From Candidatus Iainarchaeum sp. (lineage in GTDB: Archaea > Iainarchaeota > Iainarchaeia > Iainarchaeales > Iainarchaeaceae): a stretch of DNA of 25,741 bases. Made by a program: the position numbers and the translations under genes. Below are positions 8,467 through 15,286 of the stretch, one piece after another. The notes below the pieces were generated by a model that worked only from the letters and a program-made list of their open reading frames with translations, searched no databases and was not told the DNA's origin. Position 1 is the first letter of the stretch, and every line of letters starts with the position of its first letter. The stretch covers positions 1-25,741 of the forward strand of contig JBDRLP010000032.1 of the NCBI GenBank assembly GCA_043812975.1. The letters are read 5' to 3'.

Positions 8467-9528
8467 ATGCCAATTAATGCTTCTATTGAATTTGACCAGG
8501 CTAAAGAAAAATATGATGCGGCAGAAACACCAAGCGAAAAGCTTGCTGCTTTACAGGAAATGCGTTCTACTGCTCCATCACACAAAGGAGCTGAACACCT
8601 TAGGGCAGAAATATCAGGAAAAATATCCAAACTTAAAAAAGAAATGGAAAAACAAAAAATCCAGGCAAAAAAATCATCAGGACATTCAATTAACATCAAA
8701 AAAGAAGGAGATGGTCAGATAACAATTCTTGGTTTGCCAAATTCCGGGAAGAGCTATTTACTGAAAGAATTAACAGGAGTTAATGTGTTAATAGCTCCAT
8801 ACCCTTTTACCACTACAAAACCAGAAATTGGAATGATGGATTATAAAGGTGCAAAAGTGCATCTTGTTGAGGTTCCTGCTATTGTAAAAGATGCGAGCAA
8901 AGGAAAATCAAATGGTGCAAAATTATTGAGCTTGGCAAGGAATGCTGATGCAATTATAATAACTTATTCTGATGATAAGGAAAAAGAAATTGTTATAAGG
9001 GAATTAAAAAATTCAGGAATTATTGTTAATAGAAAAAAACCAAAAATATTGATTACGCACTCGCAGTACAAAGGAATTACTATTTCTGGAAAACAGTTTC
9101 TTAAAATGAGTCTGAAAGATTTTAATTCTGTACTGAAAAGTTTTGGAATTCATAATGCAAGTGTTATATTAGAAGAAGACACTACTATTGAAAAAATCTC
9201 AGAGGCTTTGGATGACACCATTGAATACAGAAATTGTTTATTAGTTAAAAAAGGCATGCATTATGAAAAAGAAAAATTGAAAGAAAAAATTTTTTTTCTA
9301 CTGGAAAAGATTATTGTTTACACAAAAAGACCTGGACAGGAACCTGATTACAAAGACCCGGTCGTTCTGAAAAACGGATCTACTATAACAGAAGTTGCTA
9401 ACTTTGTTCATAAAGACGTTGCAAAAAACCTTAAGTATGCCAGAGTGTGGGGTTCGAGTAAGTTTGATGGTCAGAGGGTTTCAAAAAAATACAAATTAAA
9501 AACAGGGGATGTTGTTGAACTATCATAA
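8467..9528 (+). CDS. DRG/OBG-family GTP-binding protein with C-terminal TGS domain
   Basis: N-terminal helical PSHKGAE region, G1 GLPNSGKS, G2 YPFTT, TGS VYTKRPG...YARVWGSSKFDGQRV...GDVVEL. Confidence 0.88.
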   Translation: MPINASIEFDQAKEKYDAAETPSEKLAALQEMRSTAPSHKGAEHLRAEISGKISKLKKEMEKQKIQAKKSSGHSINIKKEGDGQITILGLPNSGKSYLLKELTGVNVLIAPYPFTTTKPEIGMMDYKGAKVHLVEVPAIVKDASKGKSNGAKLLSLARNADAIIITYSDDKEKEIVIRELKNSGIIVNRKKPKILITHSQYKGITISGKQFLKMSLKDFNSVLKSFGIHNASVILEEDTTIEKISEALDDTIEYRNCLLVKKGMHYEKEKLKEKIFFLLEKIIVYTKRPGQEPDYKDPVVLKNGSTITEVANFVHKDVAKNLKYARVWGSSKFDGQRVSKKYKLKTGDVVELS

Positions 9529-10407
9529 TTATTTTTTATTAGAAGATTTTTCTGTATCATCAAGATTCTGAACTTCAATTCCTTTAGTATCTACTTTTTG
9601 AGGCGGCTTGTTTTTCCTAATGTAAAAAGAAATCCCTACTAAAAATAGGATTCCGAAAACCAAAAGAATAACATAAATGTCCCTGTTCTGAACATCAAGA
9701 GAAAATGATTTTTCCAATAAATGCCTTCCGTTAGAATCATCAAACCAAACTCTCAAAGAAAGATTTTTCCTTCCAATGCCGCTCCCAAGAGAAAACAAAA
9801 ACTCAGTATTAGAAACTGTCTGACCAGGCTCAATGAAATCTAATTCAAAAGGCAGGCTATCAACAACAACTGAATCAGTAGAAACAAGCTCTGCTTTAAT
9901 ATTATGAATTTTCTCGGAAGAGTTATTTGTTAAATCAAAGAAAACACTCCCGCTTTCATCAGGTCCAAGGGAAGTTCTGCTTAATCTCGCATTAAAAGCA
10001 AGTCCTGAAGGTTCAACCATTAAACTGGTTAAAGATGAATTTGTCATTTCAGATACTCCAAAATCAGCTCTTATTTCAAGGGGCTTAGCAGAAATATCAA
10101 GCGCTTTTACATTGAAAACATGTTCCTCTTTAGCTCCTGGTAACATCTTTCTGATAGTAAAATGTCTGTCAACCCTGTCTTCATTATCAACAACAAGCGA
10201 AAGTTCTTCAGGAACACTCAAAGAAACCTGAACATTTTCCACAGGATTATTAGAAATATTAACAATCACAAATTTGTATTCCTTAACCTCAAAAGGATAC
10301 AAGGAAGTATCACCATCAGCACTTGTGGGTTCTATAATAAGTGCAACCTGCGCACTTGCTATTGAAGAAACTAATAACAAAAACAAAAATACAAAAATTT
10401 TATTCAT
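9529..10407 (-). CDS. Secreted/membrane-anchored Ig-like (COG1361/CARDB-like) surface protein
   Basis: Signal peptide MNKIFVFLFLLLVSSIASA, two beta-rich repeats (LPGAKEE, IEPGQTV), C-terminal TM. Start at 10407 overlaps the upstream stop. Confidence 0.7.
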   Translation of the reverse strand: MNKIFVFLFLLLVSSIASAQVALIIEPTSADGDTSLYPFEVKEYKFVIVNISNNPVENVQVSLSVPEELSLVVDNEDRVDRHFTIRKMLPGAKEEHVFNVKALDISAKPLEIRADFGVSEMTNSSLTSLMVEPSGLAFNARLSRTSLGPDESGSVFFDLTNNSSEKIHNIKAELVSTDSVVVDSLPFELDFIEPGQTVSNTEFLFSLGSGIGRKNLSLRVWFDDSNGRHLLEKSFSLDVQNRDIYVILLVFGILFLVGISFYIRKNKPPQKVDTKGIEVQNLDDTEKSSNKK

Positions 10408-11701
10408 AAATATCCAGCTCCTCTGGTTTTTCAGCAACCATACCTTTGATCTTTCCCCTGTTATTAAATAAATACAAAATAATTAAAACCACTACAAGTA
10501 AACCCGCTATTAAAAATAGGAAATCCTGAGAAATTCCAGGATTATAAATAACTTCCTTGAATCCTTTTTTGTAAACAGCAATAGCCGCAGCAATTGCTGT
10601 TAAAGCATATTCTTTTGCACCATCAAAATTCCTTTCTGATTCAAACTTTATTACTCTTGAATAATCCTGTTCAAGTTCTCTTACTTTTGACTGATTTTCC
10701 CAAAGAGATTTATTTTCAGGAGCAAGGATATAACTCTGAATTTCAAACAAAGAAGAAAATTCCGTGTCCTTAGAAATTTTTTCATTATCCCCGTAAATCA
10801 GATTGTAAACTTCATCTTTTGCAATTCTGTTATCAAGTTCATCAAGTAAAGAGTCTCTTCTCAAAGAACTTGTAAATAAGGCTGAATCAAAAGACTCATT
10901 AATTTGAGCAGCATCAAGATTGTAATTTCTTAGGGCCTGTGACCCTTGAGAGAGCTCTAAAATTGAAAACAATTGAGATTTTGTCTGAGCATCAAAGTCA
11001 GCAAGGGAAATTTCGTTCTTTAACTTATCAACGTTGCTTTTATAAGAAAGACTTGAGTCATTCAAACTTGAAATTGAATCAAACACATCATCATAAGCAT
11101 TATTCATTTCTGTAAAAGATTCCTCTGATGGTTTTGTTACAAAATCATTCTCAACCTGTGAAGCATCAGCAATTTTTCCGGAAATTTCAGAAGCATCAGA
11201 AGCCATTCCCTGCAACTCGTTTTTCAAAGAAGCAAGATTTGCAGAAAACCCTTCGCTGTTCAGAGTTGTTTCAACAGCATTCAGCTGAAAAATTTCATCA
11301 TTAAACTCCAGAGCCATCTCATTGAAAATAGTCTGGTACTTTTGTGTAAAAACCCAGTCAACTCCCGGATTGGATGAGATTGATGATTTTAACAACTGCA
11401 GTTCCCTCAGGTTTTCAGCAATCCCGAAAAGATCCCTGTTAATCGCCCTTGAAACTGAAAGTTCACCGGATTTAACGTCTACTGCAAAATAAGTAAGAAC
11501 TGTATTTCCTGCGGTTAGAGGAATAACCCAGTATTCATCATCATTCACTTGCATGGTTACATTTGGCGGAGTATACGTTTCACCATCATAAAGGAAATGG
11601 TTGGAATTTGCCACAAAATTTACTGCATCATTGCTGGAAATTGCAAAAACAAGCGAAGCGCTGAATAAAGCAAAAATAACCAGAAAAACCCTGAATTTCA
11701 T
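10400..11701 (-). CDS. Secreted, C-terminally membrane-anchored helical protein, unknown function
   Basis: Signal peptide, long coiled-coil-like acidic region, C-terminal TM helix. Confidence 0.75.
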   Translation of the reverse strand: MKFRVFLVIFALFSASLVFAISSNDAVNFVANSNHFLYDGETYTPPNVTMQVNDDEYWVIPLTAGNTVLTYFAVDVKSGELSVSRAINRDLFGIAENLRELQLLKSSISSNPGVDWVFTQKYQTIFNEMALEFNDEIFQLNAVETTLNSEGFSANLASLKNELQGMASDASEISGKIADASQVENDFVTKPSEESFTEMNNAYDDVFDSISSLNDSSLSYKSNVDKLKNEISLADFDAQTKSQLFSILELSQGSQALRNYNLDAAQINESFDSALFTSSLRRDSLLDELDNRIAKDEVYNLIYGDNEKISKDTEFSSLFEIQSYILAPENKSLWENQSKVRELEQDYSRVIKFESERNFDGAKEYALTAIAAAIAVYKKGFKEVIYNPGISQDFLFLIAGLLVVVLIILYLFNNRGKIKGMVAEKPEELDIYE

Positions 11702-11788
11702 CTATTTAAATAAAGCGTTGAATAATAAAAACCTTATTAATGGCAAAATATAGGTTAATTTAAATATCAAGGGTTTCTTCTTTTTAGT

Positions 11789-12343
11789 ATGAGTTCAAAA
11801 CTAGTGAATTTTCTAAATTCCCTGATAACCGCAATCCGCGCGGGAAACATGCGGGACTTAAAGAATATTGCAAATGACGCCATTAAAGAAGCTACTTTAA
11901 ACAGCGACACTAAACTTGCAGAAACAGCTGTGCTTGCTTACACATTTTACAAATTTTATTCCAAAGAACACATAATCAAAAATGATAGCTGGCCAAAAGT
12001 ACGGGAAATAATAGTTGATTCTCTGGAAAAAAGTATTCAGGCAGCAATGAACAACAAAGATGAAAATTTTAACAAAAATATTCAAAGTGTTGTAAAAGAA
12101 ATCAAGGTTATTGATGACAGGTTAAGCCACTATGCAAGGAACATTTATGAAAAAGCAAAAATCAAACAAGCATCAACAGCATACGCATTAGGAATGAGTA
12201 TTGGACAATCCGCAATCCTTACCGGAGCTGATCCAAAACAATTACAAATGTATATTGGTGCAACAAAAATCCACGATGAACAAAAAAACAGCAAAAGTCT
12301 TAATGAAAGATTAAACAGCTTGAAGGAGTTGCTTAAAGAATGA
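11789..12343 (+). CDS. Helical protein with C-terminal UPF0175-like HTH (putative antitoxin/regulator)
   Basis: AYALGMSIGQSAILTG resembles UPF0175 LYxxGxISLGKAAELAG. ATGA overlap with the downstream PIN gene. Confidence 0.6.
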   Translation: MSSKLVNFLNSLITAIRAGNMRDLKNIANDAIKEATLNSDTKLAETAVLAYTFYKFYSKEHIIKNDSWPKVREIIVDSLEKSIQAAMNNKDENFNKNIQSVVKEIKVIDDRLSHYARNIYEKAKIKQASTAYALGMSIGQSAILTGADPKQLQMYIGATKIHDEQKNSKSLNERLNSLKELLKE

Positions 12344-13020
12344 AAAAAATTGTTGTTGATTCAAGCAGTTTAATTACAATGTCCAGCAGCTGTATTCTCA
12401 AAATAATGAAACACCTTACAGAAAAAGAAAGTATAAAATTTATAATTCCTGAATCAGTTTACTATGAAAGTGTAGAAAGGCCGCTTAAAATAAAAAGATT
12501 TGAACTTAATGCTGTGAGAATCAGGAGTGCGGTACAGGAAGGCTATATGGAAATAAAAAAAACAACTCCGCAAATAAAAAAAACAATGGATGAGTTAAGC
12601 ACTATAACAGCAAACATTTGTTCTGCAAATGGACAAAAATTAAGGTTAATTAATTTAGGAGAAGCTGAAACTTTGGCTTTGATGAAGGAACTAGATTCAA
12701 AAATTCTCCTTATTGATGAAAGAACAACAAGAATGTTGATTGAAGAACCAGAAAATGTAATGAGTTTTCTGGAAAGAAGACACAGATGCAAAGTTACTCT
12801 TAATAAAGGGGAAATGAGTAATTTCAGAAACTTTTTTAATAAAATACAAGTAATAAGATCTGTTGAGTTAATAGCATTAGCTTATGGAAACGGTGCTTTT
12901 GAACAGGAAATACCAAAATCCAAACAGGCTCTTGAAGCAGCACTTTTTGCAGCCAAGTATGCAGGATGTTCCGTTTCCGCTTCAGAAATTAAGGAATTTA
13001 TTAGAGAGGTGAGAAATTGA
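12340..13020 (+). CDS. PIN-domain nuclease (DUF3368-like)
   Basis: IVVDSSSLI, IPESVYYE, LGEAETLAL, LLIDER: the acidic PIN active-site residues. Confidence 0.82.
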   Translation: MKKIVVDSSSLITMSSSCILKIMKHLTEKESIKFIIPESVYYESVERPLKIKRFELNAVRIRSAVQEGYMEIKKTTPQIKKTMDELSTITANICSANGQKLRLINLGEAETLALMKELDSKILLIDERTTRMLIEEPENVMSFLERRHRCKVTLNKGEMSNFRNFFNKIQVIRSVELIALAYGNGAFEQEIPKSKQALEAALFAAKYAGCSVSASEIKEFIREVRN

Positions 13021-13469
13021 TTACTTTAGCAGAAAAAGCTGATACAAAAGAACTGAACGAAATCATTTCCAAAGAATTTCCTTACAAAAAACTTTCAAAA
13101 GAAAACATAGCTCAAAGAATCAAAAACCCCTCTACAATTATACTGAAAAAAACATTCAGAAAGCGGATTGCTGGTTTCATTGATGTTGAGGTAAAGGAAA
13201 ACACGGGTTTCATAAATGCGATTTCTGTAAAAGAAACCTACCGGAGAAAAGGATTCGGAAAAGAACTCATAAATTGTGCTCTTGAGGTTTTAAGGCAGAA
13301 TAATATTCTTGAGGCAAAACTGCTTGTGAAAAAAGAAAATCTAATGGCTAAAAAATTTTATGCCTCGATAGGATTTACATTCCAGATAATGCACAGCAAA
13401 AAAATCGAGGACTCGATAATAGAAGTATGGAGAAAAGAACTCCTTGAAGAAACAAATTATTTAAACTAA
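13017..13469 (+). CDS. GNAT N-acetyltransferase (RimI-like)
   Basis: ISVKETYRRKGFGKEL acetyl-CoA motif A and NLMAKKFYASIGF motif B. TTG start overlaps the PIN stop. Confidence 0.88.
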   Translation: MITLAEKADTKELNEIISKEFPYKKLSKENIAQRIKNPSTIILKKTFRKRIAGFIDVEVKENTGFINAISVKETYRRKGFGKELINCALEVLRQNNILEAKLLVKKENLMAKKFYASIGFTFQIMHSKKIEDSIIEVWRKELLEETNYLN

Positions 13470-13477
13470 AAAAATAA

Positions 13478-14911
13478 TCAATAAGCTTTTGCAAAATAAA
13501 CCATTTCTTTGGCTTCTTTACCGCACTTCACGCATTTTCCTGAAACATTTTTCTGGTCAAACGGAATGCATCTGGAAGTTGCGGTTGTTTCATCCTTGAT
13601 TTCTTCTTCACAGGAACTTGTATGACAGAACAAAACAAAAACCATTTTCTTATTACTAATTGCTTTTTTGAATTCGCTCCAGTTTTTAGCTTCAACAATA
13701 TTAGCATTCAAAAACTTTTTTGCTTTTTTGAACATGTCAGCGTGCATTTCTTCCAGAATTTCACTGACTCTTATTTTGATGTCTTTTTCCTTGACAAATT
13801 CTTTTTTACCATTGTCTCTTCTGACAACAACCACTTGTTTCTTTTCAAGATCCTTTGGACCAAGTTCTATTCTTACTGGAATTCCTTTTAATTCCCAGTC
13901 ACTGAATTTCCATCCAACGCTGTAATTATCCCGGTTGTCAACAAAAGCATTGACTGATTTTAATTCCTTTTCAAGTCCGGAGCATTTTTTCAGTACTTTT
14001 TCCCTGGTTTTTTCAAACAAAATAGGAACAATAACTGCTTTCTGCTTTGCAATCCTCGGAGGCAACACTAAACCTTTATCATCTCCGTGAACCATTACAA
14101 TAGAACCAATAAGCCTTGTTGAGAATCCCCATGAACTTTGCCAAGGCAATTGTTCCTTGCTTCCCTCATCCAAAAACTTTAATCCAAAACTTTTTGCAAA
14201 ACCCTGCCCAAGATTATGGGATGTTCCCATCTGCAGAGCTTTTCCATCCGGCATTAGTGCTTCAATTGTTGTTGTGTACAAAGCACCTGCAAACTTTTCA
14301 GCATCAGTTTTTACTCCCGAAATAACAGGAACAGCCAATAATTCCTCAACCAGTTTTTTATACTCATTCAAAAATAATCTTACTTCCTTATCACATTCTT
14401 CTTTAGTAGCATAAACACAATGTCCTTCCTGCCACAAAAATTCCCTTGTCCTCAAAAATAATTTTGTCTGCTTTACTTCCCACCTGAGAACATTACACCA
14501 TTGATTTATTCTAAGAGGAAGGTCTCTCCATGAGCGAATCCATTTTGCATAAGAATCATACATAATAGTTTCAGAAGTTGGCCTGATTGCCACTCTTTCC
14601 TCATCATCGTCCTTTTTTTCAATCCACGCAAGTTCAGGCTCAAAACCCTCTGCGTGTTCTGCTTCTTTTTTGAAAAAACTTTCAGGAATCAAAAGCGGAA
14701 AATAAGCATTACTTACTTTGTGCTTGCCAATAGCCTTGTTGAAATAACTCTGGATAGCTTCCCAAAGAGCATAACCGTGCGGCCGAATAATCATAAACCC
14801 CTTTACAGGACCGTAATCAGCTAAACCAGCTTTCTGGACTACTTGATTATACCACTCGCTGAAATCCTCATGCTTTTTGACTGTGATTCCTAATGTTTGT
14901 TCTTCTGCCAT
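13478..14911 (-). CDS. proS: Proline--tRNA ligase, archaeal/eukaryotic type
   Basis: FSEWY, RPTSET, LRTREFLWQEGH, GTSHNLGQ, SWGFSTR, GIPVRIELGPKD, C-terminal Zn-binding region ending FAKAY. Confidence 0.97.
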   Translation of the reverse strand: MAEEQTLGITVKKHEDFSEWYNQVVQKAGLADYGPVKGFMIIRPHGYALWEAIQSYFNKAIGKHKVSNAYFPLLIPESFFKKEAEHAEGFEPELAWIEKKDDDEERVAIRPTSETIMYDSYAKWIRSWRDLPLRINQWCNVLRWEVKQTKLFLRTREFLWQEGHCVYATKEECDKEVRLFLNEYKKLVEELLAVPVISGVKTDAEKFAGALYTTTIEALMPDGKALQMGTSHNLGQGFAKSFGLKFLDEGSKEQLPWQSSWGFSTRLIGSIVMVHGDDKGLVLPPRIAKQKAVIVPILFEKTREKVLKKCSGLEKELKSVNAFVDNRDNYSVGWKFSDWELKGIPVRIELGPKDLEKKQVVVVRRDNGKKEFVKEKDIKIRVSEILEEMHADMFKKAKKFLNANIVEAKNWSEFKKAISNKKMVFVLFCHTSSCEEEIKDETTATSRCIPFDQKNVSGKCVKCGKEAKEMVYFAKAY

Positions 14912-14972
14912 TTTACCACTAAAGAATAATCATAAGAGTAATTAAAAGATTTAGGTTTAGACTAGAGTTTTT

Positions 14973-14986
14973 AAAAAAAAGAAAAA
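14973..14986 (-). terminator. Oligo-T terminator after tRNA-Pro
   Basis: TTTTTCTTTTTTTT on the minus strand, beginning 4 nt after the discriminator base. Confidence 0.6.
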
Positions 14987-14990
14987 GGTG

Positions 14991-15113
14991 TGGGACCAGG
15001 AGGATTTGAACCCCCGTCGTAAGCTGATTCGGAGTCTTTTCCCGAGGGTTTTTTTCCCGTGGAAAAAAAGGCTCTCCCAAAGCTTAAATGCTACCAGACT
15101 ACACCATAGTCCC
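14991..15113 (-). tRNA. tRNA-Pro(UGG) with 50-nt canonical intron (15026-15075); CCA not encoded
   Basis: Acceptor GGGACTA/TGGTCCC+A, D-arm GTGT..GCAT, anticodon stem TAAGC/GCTTA, anticodon TGG at 15079-15077, T-arm GGGGG-TTCAAAT-CCTCC. Intron at 37/38 with BHB: TTTG/CGAA helix, bulges GG|A and TC|A. Confidence 0.95.
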
Positions 15114-15210
15114 ATTCTTGAAACCCATAGTGCCAACGCCAGTGCTAACTGGCATATCGTACCCAACCGACGAAACGGTTGGGCTACACCATAGTCCCAA
15201 ACTCAAGAAT
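15114..15210 (-). ncRNA. Structured RNA element/leader upstream of tRNA-Pro, unknown function
   Basis: Minus-strand hairpins CCCAACCG-TTTCGT-CGGTTGGG and ATGCCAGT-TAGC-ACTGGCGT, enclosed by CTATGGTGT/GCACTATGG and ATTCTTGA/TCAAGAAT stems. G-U pairs favour the minus strand. Confidence 0.55.
15184..15199 (-). repeat. Exact 16-nt direct repeat of the tRNA-Pro 5' end (other copy 15099-15114)
   Basis: CTACACCATAGTCCCA occurs at 15099-15114 and 15184-15199, 85 nt apart. Confidence 0.92.
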
Positions 15211-15225
15211 TTCTGTATGACAAGT

Positions 15226-15233
15226 ATTTTAAA
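15226..15233 (-). promoter_or_regulatory. TATA-like box for the leader+tRNA-Pro transcript
   Basis: TTTAAAAT on the minus strand, about 28-35 nt upstream of G15198. No AT-rich box at the equivalent distance from 15113. Confidence 0.45.
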
Positions 15234-15286
15234 GCAATAATTTACACACAAAAAACATATTATAACAATCTACCAATAAAAAATAT

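Noticed and set aside
14957..15194. ORF-track ORFs 14957..15166(-) and 14988..15194(+)
   Set aside because: They overlap the tRNA-Pro gene and its structured leader. The open frames are a by-product of locally high GC.
15114..15198. Upstream element as a second complete tRNA, or as a standard BHB intron in the D-loop
   Set aside because: No T-loop (TTCRA) and no 3' acceptor strand of its own, and the second hairpin loop is not 7 nt. I could not build a convincing BHB at any register within the repeat.
15099..15199. 16-nt direct repeats as a mini CRISPR array
   Set aside because: Only two copies, too short, identical to the tRNA 5' end, and no cas genes in the window.
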